Source: Octopus vulgaris (taxonomy: Eukaryota). From it: a stretch of 64,000 bases of DNA. Shown here in pieces: positions 26,509 through 40,681 of the stretch. Position 1 is the first letter of the stretch, and each line of letters opens with the position of its first letter. Position numbers and translations under genes: made by a program. The stretch spans positions 83,266,001 through 83,330,000 of the forward strand of contig OX597821.1 of the NCBI GenBank assembly GCA_951406725.2, written 5' to 3'. The notes under the pieces were generated by a model. The model was given only the letters and a program-made list of their open reading frames with translations. It searched no databases and was not told where the DNA came from.

Positions 26509-28249
26509 TATATAATGGCATAATAGACGCAGATTCGTATCCGACGCGCTTAAATTTCAGAAGCGAATATTCAAAGAAACAGTTTCGAATGCATTAAAAT
26601 TTATGATATGCTCATCTTCGTAAATAGGAACCAGGCTGATCTTTTGTGATGTTTCTTATTAAAAATTATTATATAATCCGTCAAATGTAGTAAGTTACCA
26701 TTCATTTAACCGACCGCTGCAAACTCCCACATTGCTTATCAAATGTGTAATCGGGACCTTTCTTTCTTAGCATCAACGAAATATGCGTTTCTTAATTTTT
26801 CCCCTCCTCAGTGATTACAGATCTCAGGGAAATAGTGCTTCCATGTCGGAGTGAAAACTGGATCACGTATTTACAAGTTCACTGGTCTTAATATAAGTAT
26901 AACTGAATATACTGGGAAAACTAAATTAATTATGTGAATTCGAATTTAGATGTAATTAATACAACTAAGGATATATTTTAAAGACAATGTTGTTCTTTTT
27001 ATAATGGGGATGTGATGGCATTAATCCATTGTCAATGATATTAGCGCGAAATGCTGACACCAGAAGCAAAATAATTTCGGCTGAGAATCGAAATCAGTTT
27101 ACAAACTTGGTTCACTGAGAGCTAAATTATTGTTTTACGGCATTCGCTACAAAATTGCTCCACTTATTAATAAATACCTTTTCATCTTCTGATGTGATTA
27201 GAAGATAATCTACTTTCACTTAAAGTGATTTAAATTGCAACAGCTAGGGATCACTGATTCTCATATTACTGGGTTATCAGGCATAACCCGCTTATACACC
27301 GAATTTACCCCCTACGGCTGTTTACAATATTCACAAAGAGGGTATTATTTTGGCCCTTTATTTGAAAATAAAGACCCCTTTTTTTTAGTGGAGTGGATGT
27401 CGGTTGATATATATCATGATCTGATTGGTGATGTATCGTGATCGGTTCATGCAATCAGACTCAACTGATGGCTGGTGTGATGTACAAGTCAGGCTAGTGA
27501 TGGAGAGATCAGGCATCAGACCACCATAAGTAATCATCTGACGGTTTTAGAAGGGATAGAAACGTATAAATTGACTCAATAAAAAACAAATGAATATTTA
27601 ACCGGCGGATTAAGAAAATAGATTCCGTAGATTTATTAAATGTTTTGACTTGGCAAGATTTATGTTAATTGGATGGCATGCCTTTGAACAAGAAGTAACC
27701 TCCCAGTGCGCTAAATTCGCAATGCGGTTTCGATTCACTTTACTTACACTTTATACTAATGCTTTAGAATAAAGTATTAACATCGTGCAACACTATTCTT
27801 CTTCATAAGGTGGCATTATTGCGCTGAGCAAAGTGCTTAACGACATTTCGTCCGTCTTTACATTCTGAGTTCAAATTCCGCCGGGGTCAACTTATCCCTT
27901 CATCCTTTTGGGGATGGACAAAATAAGTACCAATTGAGTACTGGCGTCCATGTAATCGACTTTCGCCCTCCCCAGAAATTGCTGGCCTTGTGCCAAAATT
28001 TGAAACCAATATTACTATTCTTCATCAAGTGCAAATCAATTCACTACGGAGAGGTGGCAGACTCGTTACCATACCGGACAAAATGCCACGCGGCATTTCT
28101 ACCGGTTTTATGCTGAGTTCAAATGTAGTCGACTTTGTCTTTCATCCTTTTTTAAGTCTGTAAAATAAGTACCAATTGAGCACTGGGGTCGAAGCCATCA
28201 ACTAGTCCCACCTTATCAAAAACATTTCAGGCCTTGTTCTTATATTAGT

Positions 28250-29047
28250 TTTAAATTTTGGCACAATGCCAGCAAGATCGGAAGAGGTGATAAGTCGATT
28301 ACATCGACCCCAGTGCTCAACTGGTACTTATCTTAACGACCTCGAAAGGATGAAAAACAAAATCGATCCCGGCGGATTTGAACTCGAAGGTGAAGACGAG
28401 CAAAATGCCGCTAAGCATTTTGCCCAGCGTGCTAACGTTTCATATTTCTTTATTGCCCACAAGGAGCTAAACATGGACATAGAAAGGACAAACAAGGATA
28501 GACAACGGGATTAAGTCGATTATATCGACTCCAGTGCGTAACTGCTACTTATTTTATCGACCCCGAAAGGATGAAAGGCAAAGTCGACCTCGGCGGAATT
28601 TGAACTCAGAACGTAACGGCAGACGAAATACCTATTTCTTTATTGCCCACAAGGGGGTACACACAAAGGGGAGAAACTAAGACAGACAAACGGATTAAGT
28701 CGATTATATCGACCCCAGTGCTTAACTGGTACTTATTTAATCTACCCCGAAAGGATGAAAGGCAAAGTCGACCTTGGCGGAATTTGAACTCAGAACGTAT
28801 CGACAGACGAAATACCTATTTCTTTACTACCCCCAAGGGGCTAAACACAGAGGGGACAAACAAGGACAGACATAGGTATTAAGTCGATTACATCGACCCC
28901 AGTGCGTAACTGGTACTTAATTTATCGACCCCGAAAGGATGAAAGGCAAAGTCGACCTCGGCGGAATTTGAACTCAAAACATAACGGCAGACGAAATACG
29001 GCTACGCATTTCGCCCGGCGTGCTAACGACTCTGCCAGCTCACCGCC
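28250..29047 (-). mobile_element. Tandem array of SINE family B units
   Basis: Units 28443-28631, 28632-28815 and 28816-29047, plus an older copy at 28250-28441. Confidence 0.85.
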
Positions 29048-29573
29048 CTAGTCCTTATTCTTATATTAGGATGAAAGAATTATAAATCAATCCATAGTCT
29101 GAAATTACAAATAGCTGAATGTTTACAGAGCGGTGAATGAACTCACAAACTTCTGCTAAAGTGAAATTTGAGAAACGTCTGTGTGTTAATGGAGTACGAA
29201 ATCATTCAGCAGAAAGATTCTTAATCGCTCATAGAAATTTGTCATATCTCCCACCGCAATGTTATTAAAGAAAAGAAACCGTGCGGTGCAATGGTTTGCT
29301 GTCGCCAAGGGATTCAGTGTCAGTCTTAAGACTTGCCATTGCGTACAGTTTACTTCTAACTATATACACTCCTATAACCGATGATATCACCTCTTTCCTC
29401 CCGCCCCTAACTCTCCGTACACATGCGTCATCCATATGCAACCTTGATATCCTATACTAGACCTGTATAACTTCCATGGACAAGTATTTCGTAAATATCC
29501 TTCAGTGAGTATAAAATAACCTCGCTTACTTCAACTCGCTTCAACTTATAACTGTTACTGCTATCATCTCAAC

Positions 29574-29838
29574 CAGTGGTTCCAAAAGTGGACAGCACTT
29601 ACCCCCTAGAAAAGTGGGGGTGATAACGGTAGCCCAAAAGTGGGCAATGAATGTAACCCGGCACCCCACAAAAATATAATGGGATAATTAGGTCAAGTTT
29701 TATATGTGAAATGCAGTTGTTTTGAATTTTGCTGCAGAAAGTGGTCTATGTTTATGGTGTTGAGTTGCTGAGGGGAGGGTTAGGGATGCGGCATGGATGT
29801 TAAGGGGGCGGCGGCCTGAAGACGTTTGGGAACCACTG
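29574..29838. mobile_element. hAT/Charlie-like MITE
   Basis: TIRs cagtggttccaaaa / tttgggaaccactg; decayed 8-bp TSD. Confidence 0.75.
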
Positions 29839-30065
29839 ATGTAAGCGGTGTGGACCATACTCTCTCTACACATGATTAACTCACAACTAAAACACAGCCA
29901 CTGTTGCTACAGATACTCGGTCCCGTCATCTTTCAAATGATCTCTTACGGCGACCCCACGTGTACCCTGGGTCCTCAACACACCCACGTGATATACAGCG
30001 CATCTTGTGCTGTATATCCCACCCTAGGTCTGACCATCACCGATCTCTTCTTCTTTTTCTTCTTC

Positions 30066-30116
<51 letters not shown>

Positions 30117-30717
30117 AGTAAGAAAGAGAGTGAGAAAAAGAGCAATTAATACCAGTTCTAGACTAGTGTTTATTTATCGATTATGAATAGATGAAGTCCT
30201 CGGGGCAAGCCATTGAACTTAGGGATCAAAATCAGAACGAATACCGCAAGATATTCTGTTCAACTTTCTACCAGCTCACCGTGTAACCCACCACCACCAC
30301 CACCTCCAGCACACATTGTTAAAACTGTTTCCGAAATACTGAGCTTCTTCTGTTATGATTTTGAAATACGTCAGCTCCGGTCAGTTACTCAGTTACTCAC
30401 TCATTACAAATTCTTTTTCTTCTTTTTTCTTTTGCAGTTCACGTATTTAAGATGGTGTTGCTACGTTTTCACAAACATCGCAGATATTCCCAGAGAGAAA
30501 AGAGAATTATGGAGATATGCACTTCCCACCCCCGGCAGCGTCAAGTCCACAGCTACATGGAGGAGAAGACAAAGTCCACAGCTACATTGTACTCTCCTCC
30601 TTCTACTTCTACCACTACAACACCTCTTCTGAAATAACTATACGCTTACCACCTCTGATCTGATGTATCTGATATGTACATTTGTCTTGTCATGTCCTAA
30701 AAAAAATCAATCATTCA

Positions 30718-31110
30718 GGTGTAGGAGTGGCTGTGTGGTAAGTAGCTTGCTAACCAACTACATGGTTCCGGGTTCAGTCCCACTGCGTGGCACCTTGGGC
30801 AAGTGTCTTCTACTATAGCCTCGGGCCAACCAAATCCTTGTGAGTGGATTTGGTAGACGGAAACTGAAAGAAGCCCGTCGTATTTATGTACATATATGCG
30901 TGTGTCTGTGTTTGTCCCCCTAGCATTACTTGACAACCGATGCTGGTGTGTTTATGTTCCCGTTACATAGCGGTTCGGCAAAAGAGACCGATAGAATAAG
31001 TACTGGGCTTACAAAGAATAAGTCCCGGGGTCGAGTTGCCCGATTAAAGGCGGTGCTCCAGCATGGCCGCAGTCAAATGACTGAAACAATTAAAAGAGAA
31101 AAAGAGAGAG
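30718..31110 (+). mobile_element. Full-length SINE family A
   Basis: Head-to-tail match to the family pattern. Confidence 0.85.
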
Positions 31111-32079
31111 TATTCTTTGCTGATGCTACTTCCTTCTGGAATTACCTATAGTCTATGCTAACATAAGCAGAAATAAAGGCGGTGAGGTGGCAGAACCGTT
31201 AGCACGAGGGGCAAAGCGCTTAGCAGAATTTCGTCCGTCTTTACGTGGACTTTACCTTTCATCTTTTTGGGGTGATAAAATAAGTGCCAGTTAAGTAATA
31301 GGGCCGATGTAATCGACTTAACCCCTCACCCAGAATTGTTGGCCTTGTCCCAAAATTTGAAACTAATATAAGCAGTAATAAACCATGTTTGAGTCAATTC
31401 CGATATTTCTTCACTCTTTTGATCTACCCCACCTATCCCAAGTCAGCCCAGGTGCAGCAAATTTATGATCAAGTCTAGTCATGTGATGAGCAAAGACATT
31501 AATTGACTTTCAAATGTAATTTGAATATTCGACTATCTTCAGCTGTTAACAGTTATCGTATACATAATCATATCTCATTCGTTTTCTTTCTTTTAATATT
31601 TCTGTGGTTATTGTCCAGCCCAGTTACGATACATTAAACTTTTATAACTAACGATATTTAAGCTCTGCACATCCTGTCTTCTTTTTCCAAACATGTATCG
31701 AAAGCTTCATTATTCAGTTTCTTCTCACAGAAGGACGAGCCATCATCATCATCATCATCATCATCATCATTTTAAAGTCTACTTTTCTATGCTTGCATGG
31801 GTCGGACGCATGGAATTTTGTTGCGGCAGAATTTCTACAACCGGATGCTCCCTACCTCCGCACCTGTTTCCAAGTACAGTAATACTTCCCCATGACCTGA
31901 ATTGCTTTCAAGACGTATGAAAGACACTGCTTTCATGATGGTGACATTCGTGTGAACCACCATGCAATGTCGAATCAAGGACACAGTAACACACACACAC
32001 ACACACTTGTGTTTGTGTGTGTGCGTGCATGCATGTGTGTGAGCGTGTGCATGTGCGTGTGTGTGCGCGCGCGCGTGCG

Positions 32080-32995
32080 TGTGGCTATGTGGTAAGAGGC
32101 TTGCTTCCTAACCACATGGTTCTGGGTTCAGTCCCACTGCATGACACCTTGGGAAAGTGTCTTCTACTATAGCCTCCCACCTCGCCATCGCTTGACAGCC
32201 CATGCTGGTTTGTTTATGCCTCCCACCTCGCCATCGCTTGACAGCCCATGCTGGTTTGTTTATGCCCCCCCCCGTGACTTAGCGGTTCGGAAAAAGAGAC
32301 CGATAGAATAAGAAAGTACTAGGCTTATAAAGAATAAGTCCTGGGCTCGATTTCTCGGCATGGCCGCAGTCAAAGGACTGAAACAAGTAAAAAATATGAT
32401 GTCCATATCTTATCTTACAGCCTTTTCAATGTTCACAAAGTACTGGGTAGTAGTCATGATGTCGGCATTTTGATACCTAGCGCGAACCATGGTATGGGTA
32501 ACTCTTGTTCAATATTTAGATGTATTCCATTTCTCCGTGGCGTCTAACTTTTTCTCAGCTACAGCTTTATGCTCTCCAACGCTGTTGACTGTTTACTAAT
32601 ACATCAAACTGTCACTCTTTACTCTTTTACTTGTTTCAGTCATTTGACTGTGGTCATGCTGGAGCACCGCCTTTAGTCGAGCAAATCAACCCCAGGACTT
32701 ATTCTTTGTAAGTCTACTACTTATTCTATCGGTCTCTTTTGCCGAACCGCTAAGTTACGTAAACACACCAGCATCGGTTGTCAAACAATGTTGGGGGGGG
32801 GTGCAAATACAGACACACAAACACATACACACACATATATGCGACGGGCTCCTTTCAGTTTCCATCTACCAAATCCACTCACAAGGCTTTGGTCGGCCCG
32901 AGGCTATAGTAGAAGACACTTGTCCAAGGTGCCACATAGTGGGACTGAACTCGGATCCATGTGGTTGGTAAGCAAGCTACTTACCACACAGCCTG
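32080..32995. mobile_element. Inverted pair of family A SINEs (32080-32395 +, 32615-32995 -)
   Basis: Family A matches in opposite orientation; 44-bp internal duplication at about 32173-32265. Confidence 0.8.
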
Positions 32996-33312
32996 TTCTT
33001 GAAAAAAGACATAAAAAATCGTCAACTTTAGTACGAAGACTGTTTGTGTGTGTGAGTGTATGTGTGTATCTGTATGCACGCATGTGTGTGTTTGGATTTA
33101 CGTGTACGTGTGTGTGTACGTGCATGCGATGTGTGTGTGTGCGTGCGTCTGTGTGCGTGTGTGTGTGAATGTGTGTGTATGCGTGCGTGTGCGTGTGCGT
33201 GTGTGGATGTTGGTGTGCATGTGTGAGTAAGTGTGTGTGTGGTGCGCTCGCATCTGAGTATGTGTGTGTGTGGTGCGCTCACATGTGTGTGTGTGTGTTA
33301 TGTGTGTGTGTG

Positions 33313-33364
<52 letters not shown>

Positions 33365-33729
33365 ATGTGTGTTCAGTTTCCGTCTATTAGACTCCATTCA
33401 ACTACAGACTAACGTCGGCTCAGGGCTATTAGATTGGAGACATTTATCCATTATAACCCTTCTACTTATAACTGGACGACTGCGAAGCGAACCTCTTAAC
33501 AAACGGCCATACTGACACCCATTCTCACAGTTCGACCGTAAATGCATCAACCAGCCGCACACTGGCCTCTTCAGTACAGCACACTTGCAGCTAAAGTAAT
33601 CATGTATGTGCTTACGATATGCTATCGAGGATTGGTCTCTAGCCAAATTTTAGTCATCGTATTCAGTCTGTGTTGTGTGTGCATGTATGCTTGCATGTGT
33701 GCGCTTGTTTATGTCTGTGTGTTTGTGTG

Positions 33730-33771
<42 letters not shown>

Positions 33772-33918
33772 TGCAGGTTCGTGTGTATGAGCATGTAAAA
33801 GTGTGTATGTGTGTAGTGTAAGAGTGTCTCAGAGCAACCTTTACCGCTGTGGTTTCGTACATTACTCATCTCTTAACATTGATATTTATACAATTATTTC
33901 TGTGTGTATTCGTGCGTG

Positions 33919-33977
<59 letters not shown>

Positions 33978-34234
33978 GTTTGTGTATGTGCGTGTGTGTG
34001 AGAGAGAGAAGAGGAGAAAAAGAAGAGAGTAAGAGGGGAGAAAGTGGGGAGGGAAAGAACGAAGAGAAAGAGGAGTGATGTTGTTTGTGTACTTTAGATA
34101 TACTGTCTTTTTTTGCGGGCGGGGGGGGGGGAGCGTGGAGGAATCTCTTTCGTCATAGGTGCGCTTGATCAGACCTAAATAAATAATAAAAACAATAACA
34201 CAGACACACAGACACACACACTAGCACGAGCACT

Positions 34235-34282
<48 letters not shown>

Positions 34283-34352
34283 TCTACGAACACACTTATT
34301 GCTCTCACATATGCACATACATACACAAGATGCGGCTTGTATTTAAAACTTG

Positions 34353-35320
34353 GGTTAATTGCGACTTCAACACCCGGCCACCAAAACAAAAACAAAGAAA
34401 CAAGTGTAATACGGTGTAAAAAAAAAATATGTGTATTAAACGAATATGAAAACAAAAATTTGCACCAACGAACCGGGGTGGGGTGGTGTTGAGAGGACTT
34501 TCGGAAAATTCACAAGATCCGATTTGTTTCCCTCATAACTTTTAGGAAAATGGATATCTTTTAATGAAATTTTATATAAATACTTTTCAAACAGAATAGA
34601 TTACGATTATAAAGGAATTGATGGAGAAAGTTTCTTTTGGAGACTGCAAGATTATACTCAGTTTCCTGATGATATGGAAGACTGCATTCCGGTTCCTGAT
34701 GTCGTTCACCAATAACTCCTTGGTGCATCTTTTTATACTGTAAAACATTCAATACAGCTTTTCTTACCCAAGCATCTAAAACATCCTTAACTTTTTTCCA
34801 TAGTGAAACCATATTCAACAACGTATTTATGAATTTGTTTCTCTCACCATGGTACATGGGATCTTTTTTAAAACCTTTTTCTCAGACGAAACATAAATGA
34901 ATCTAAATGAATCGAAAGTCTTTTCTCACACACTCCAGAAAAAATTTTTTCTCACAAATTTCTTTATAATGATAATTTATGCCGTTTGAAAGGTATTTAT
35001 GTAAAAATTCACTAAAAGATATCCATTTTCCCAAACGTTTTGAGGGGAAAAATCGAATCGAGTGAATTTTCCGAAAGTCCTCTCCTGAAACCCTTCGGAA
35101 AAATTTTTCCCCACAAATTTCTTTATAATCGTAAACTATGCTGTTTGAAAAGCATTTCGGTAAAATTTCCTTTTCCTAAAAGTTATGAAATAAAAAAATT
35201 GGATCTTGTGAATGTTCCGAAAGTCCCCTCCCCACCTCCGGTTTGTTTACTTCCATATTCGTTTACTACACATTTTTAACACTTATTACACTTGTTCGGA
35301 TGTTAAAGTAGTAATTAACC
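34353..35320 (-). mobile_element. Non-autonomous Merlin-like foldback element
   Basis: GG...CC ends, ~290-bp degenerate TIRs (right arm partly tandem-duplicated), perfect 8-bp TSD aaaacttg, internal SLWKKVK remnant. Confidence 0.75.
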
Positions 35321-35411
35321 AAAACTTGTTTGGTATATACTAATTACCACAACCACTTCATCTTGAATAAATTAGATTTCAGGCAATAATAAACAATAAC
35401 AATAACAATAG

Positions 35412-35749
<338 letters not shown>

Positions 35750-35959
35750 CCTTTTTATAGGCACGGGGTCTGAAATTTTGGGGAGTGGGATAGTCGATTA
35801 TATCGACCCCAACGTTTCACTGGTGCATCATTTATCGACACTGAAAGGATGAAAGGTATTGTTGACCGCGGCGGAATTTGAACTCAGAGCATAGCACCGG
35901 CGAAATACCGCCAAGCATTTTGCATGACGTGCTAACCATTCTGCCAGCTAGCCGCCTTA

Positions 35960-36000
<41 letters not shown>

Positions 36001-36040
36001 TGATGATGATGATGATGATGACGATGATGATGATGATGAT

Positions 36041-36074
<34 letters not shown>

Positions 36075-36699
36075 GCGATGATGATGATTAGGCGCAACAA
36101 ATTTGATGAGAGAAGGAGTAGTCGATACCAAGACCGTAGAACTTGACGGGCACCCTATGAACCCCTGGGGGACTGAAGGTGAAGATGACCTCAGCGGTGA
36201 TAGAACACAGAATGCAGACGCTCGAGTTAATCTGCCAATCCACCACCGTGTTAGGCACAAAGCCAGAAATCTGAAGAAGTGGGTTAGTTGATAACATCGC
36301 GCCCAGCGCTTGACTGATACTTTATTTATCACAGCCAGAAGGATGAGAGCCAAGGTTGTCTTCGACGTCAAAAGAGTCGAAGTGAATGCCAGATGGCGTT
36401 TTCTTGTAACACTATATCGATTCTTCTATTTGACACAAGTGTGACGGATGAAGCGGCATTACGTGCGTACGCCTATGGCTAGGTGTGCGACTGAGTTAAT
36501 GAAAACAAAGTGAAAAATAAAATAGGCGCTGACGTAGCTGTGTGGTAAGATGTTTGCGTCACAACCACATGCTTCCGGGTTCAGTCCCACTGCGTGAAGC
36601 CTTGGGGGCAAGTGTCTTCTACAGTAACCTCGGGTAGACCAAAGCCTTGTGAGTTTATTTGGTAGATGGAAACAGAAAGAAGCCCATCGTTTATATATA

Positions 36700-37803
36700 G
36701 AAGGTCATCGTGATCAGACAAATCAACTGATTTTTATTGACTCTGAGAGTTTCCTTGAGAAAGTTGTCGCTTTTTCTCACTATTAGTTCTTTCTAGAATA
36801 ACGTGGAAATTTCTCCAGCTGCGTTACCAGACTAGTAGGTGTCTATGAGCATCTGACAACAATCCGGATGCCAGGCGCCCAATTTTTGTCTATACTTGAC
36901 CCAGGACTGCAGTTCCATCTAAGAGACGAGCTTTGGAAAAACAAACAAAAAAACAGTGACAACAGGATTTTGAGAGAATCATACACAGTCACTCACAACT
37001 ATTTGGACATTCTAGAAGCATTTGAGTAGTGGTTAGCGAGAACTCGTAAGCCGTGGTCTTCTCTTCCACCATCAATGCAAAAACAAAACAAAACAAATTA
37101 AAAACAAATAAATAGGGAAGACTAGTCAGAAACGCGAACATTCCATAGAGAAAATGTTCCTTCCTGTTGAGTAACATCTGTGGATTTAGGTCAAATTGAT
37201 CCGCGCCCACAACCATCATCTCTTATTAACACTCAAATCATTCATCAAGTTCATCTCTGAAGCGCAAATCACTCACTTCTCTTTTCGTTCTTTCCTATTA
37301 TCCAGTTTACATTCGATATCCCAACTGCACCATGACCGAACGGTGGTGTCAATAGATTGAAGACGTCGGAACTATTTCTATACTTCCAACATGTACGTAT
37401 ATATGTCGTGGTAAGACAAGTGGGATAGAGAAGAAATGTCTTGAAAGAAGGATGACGATTATATGTGCTGTGAAATTAGACTGAAAACAACTGGTAGCAA
37501 CTAAAGACAAATACTCTTTGCAACGAATGAAATGGATCGCCCGAACGTTTAGGAAATGGACGGGATGTTCAGGGAAGGAACACTTTTAAGGAGGGCATCT
37601 AATTGGAATTTAATTTCCTTATCACTCTCTCCCTCTCTACCTGGATATTGGTTTTAAATTTTAGGACAAGTCCAGCAATTTCGATGGGAGGGACCAAGTC
37701 GATCACATCAACTACAATGATCAACTGGAACTTATTTTATCGGCCCCGAAAGGATGCAAGGTAAAGTCGACCCCGGTGATATTTGAACACCGGACGTAAA
37801 GAC
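36700..37803 (+). repeat. ~1.1-kb local duplication, copy 1 (includes a Tx1 relic on the minus strand)
   Basis: Aligns to 40682-41783; minus strand reads FPKLVS*MELQSWVKYRQKLGAWH, similar to 50630-50716. Confidence 0.9.
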
Positions 37804-38039
37804 GGACGAAATGCTGCTAAGCATTTTGCCCCGCGTGTTCACGATTTCGTCAGATCACCGTCCACCCTCACCTGGATATTAACAATGAAGACTCCCAGTT
37901 CCCCTTATCTAAAGCTTTTGTTTACACCCCTAAATTCTTTCCAGCCTTCGGTAACTATTTCACTCTCGAACTAAATGAAGGGCGTCAATATATTTTGACC
38001 CTTTTCTGAAGTCATTGTTTTCATTGACTTTATTTTTTT

Positions 38040-38827
38040 CTCTTTTACTTGTTTCAGTCATTTGACTGCGGCCATGCTGGAGCACCGCCTTTAGTCGAGC
38101 AAATCGACCCCGGGACTTATTCTTTGTAAGCCCAGTACTTATTCTATCGGTCTCTTTTGCCGAATCGCTAAGTGACGGGGACGTAAACACACCAGCATCG
38201 GTTGTCAAGCAATGCTAGGGGGACAAACACAGACACACAAACACACACACATATATATATACATATATACGACGGGCTTCTTTCAGTTTCTGTCTACCAA
38301 ATCCACTCACAAGGCATTGGTCGGCCCGGGGCTATAGTAGAAGACACTTGCCCAAGATGCCACGCAGTGGGACTAAACCCGCAACCATGTGGTTGGTAAG
38401 CAAGCTACTTACCACACAGCCACTCCTGCGCCTATAAATGTTCACAATTCCCCTTGATATTCTAACTCCTCTGCTTCATTAATACTTCTGGCACGGAAGC
38501 CGATTTCTTTGTCATTGCAAGCCATTTGCAATTGTTAGCAACATCTCTTACACGTATTCCTGAGAGATTCGCAAACACCAAATACTCTTGGTTTCCAGCT
38601 TACCACCAAACCCAGCCTTTTATAAATTTTTACAAGGGCGCTGAATTGGCCTGTAGTAAGTAGCTTGCTTACCAACCAAATGGTTCTGCGTTCAGTTCCA
38701 CTGCGTGGCACTTTGGGCAAGTGTCTTCTACTATAGTCTCGGACCGACCAAATCGAGTGGATTTGGTAGACGGAAACTGAAAAATGCCCGTTGTATGTAT
38801 ATATATATATGTGTGTGTGTGTGTGTA

Positions 38828-38881
<54 letters not shown>

Positions 38882-39097
38882 TGTGTTTGTGTGTCTGTGT
38901 TTGTTCCCCCAACATTGCTTGACAACCGATTCTGGTTTGTTTACGTACTCGTAACTTGGCGGTTCAGCAAATGAGACCGATAGAATAAGTATTAGGCTTA
39001 CAAAAGAGTAAGCTCTGGGTTCGATTTGTTCGACTAAAGGTGGTACTCCATCATGGCCGCAGTCAAATGACTGAAGCAAATAAAAGAATAAAAGAAT
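38040..39097. mobile_element. Inverted pair of family A SINEs (38040-38433 -, 38652-39097 +)
   Basis: Family A matches in opposite orientation. Confidence 0.8.
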
Positions 39098-40365
39098 CGA
39101 TAAACCTATTGGATTGTCCAACCACTGCTTTTCAAGCCCACCCGCTTCTCAAGCCCACCCGCTTCTCAAGCCCACCCGCTTCTCATCCCTTTACTGCACA
39201 ACATCCCAATCTTGCCTCCAAACTCCACAACACTTTAAATCAGTTACTTGGTCATAAACCTGCCAGTTTTACGCTAACAATTTCTGAAAACAAACTTACT
39301 TCCCGTCTGACCCATCGGAAGTTGCTAAGAAACCGTTCTTTCAGTCATATTGCCTTTAATTTTTTTTTATAAAACTAAAACACACAATCCCTCCCAAGGG
39401 ATTCACACGGAGCTATGCTACATGGCCAACACAGCTGCAATACCTGGAAAATGTCGAGCTGCTAGTTAGGTTTTACCTATTACTACAATTCTTGCAGAGA
39501 GCAGAGGACTACCAATAGAGTCTACGAGATCTAATACCTCCAGAACTGCAGCCAATCCTTCAGTGCCCTAGCAAAGGGGATTTCTTCTTCCTACTATCGT
39601 TGTGAATGTAACTCCCCAGCGCACACACTCGTCTCTCTTCAAACCATTTCTTCTTGCTTTCACTAGTTTCACTCTGTCGCACTCATTCACCCCGGAAGTG
39701 TAGAAATACTTCCGGTAGCTTGAATCCAATAACACCACTACTCCTGACAAGTTCCTATATATTAACCTCAAACAGTACCCTCAAGAACGAGATTCAATCC
39801 TCGCAAAACTATTCAGTCTTTCTGTCACTACATAATGTATCCTAATCTTGGAAACACACATCTCGGCGGAATTTGAACTCAGATTGTAAAGTTCCGGAAG
39901 AAATGCCGCTAAACGTTTTTTCCGATGCACTGACGATTGTACCAGCACACTTCTTAACTCAGATCTTCTGCTCTTATTCATATTTCACTCAACATAATTA
40001 TACTTATATCCAAATATTAGTACAACACGTTTATGTATAAGTAGGTCAAATAACATCAGCTGTCACGGGAGTGGGTTATGTATCACCACAAGTAATTGAT
40101 ATAAGTAGGTCGAATGTGTTGTCCAATGGAAGCAAATCACTCTCATATCTTCTCTAACTATCACAATGGCTACGAGAGGTGCCTTGGTTCCACGTGGACA
40201 ATGCATGCATGCGGAAGATTGGAGAATCATCCAGAACAGGATGAATCTGTCCAAATACAGCTGTTCTTGCCGAAAAGGCTCCGTAGAGTTTATTTCAGTT
40301 CCCAGAAATTCATTTGCAGAAAAAACGCTGTAATTTCAAGTGAAACGTTTATCTATCTATCTATC

Positions 40366-40506
40366 CCCCCCTTTTTTGTCCTCTTTCTTTCCTTTTACGA
40401 TCCCTTTTGATCGAAAACCAAACCCCCTTTTTTACCCCCAAAAGAAAAGCTCTACCTTGTAATTTGTCCTGTCTGTGTGCAGCCCTGTGTGGCTGATAAA
40501 GAAACA
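40366..40506 (+). mobile_element. Retroelement 3' end inserted in (TATC)n
   Basis: Homologous to 46990-47200 (-); both copies flanked by TATC/GATA tracts. Confidence 0.7.
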
Positions 40507-40531
40507 TATCTATCCATCCATCCATCCATCC

Positions 40532-40623
<92 letters not shown>

Positions 40624-40681
40624 CCCACCGGTAGCACAACTAGACCTAAAATTTCTGAAAGTCATCCATAATCTTCGAGTG

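Noticed and set aside
27400-27470. Hairpin tcggttga...tctgattg / caatcaga...tcaactga
   Set aside because: Large asymmetric bulge and short stems; compatible with chance
28443-29047. CRISPR-like or tRNA-gene array
   Set aside because: Units are SINE bodies without unique spacers; heads are tRNA-derived but no complete cloverleaf was seen
36850-36950. Apparent minus-strand terminal exon (polypyrimidine-AG then RLLDGTAVLGQV*) in both duplicate copies
   Set aside because: Another frame aligns with the Tx1 ORF2 relic at 50630-50716, so it is LINE-derived
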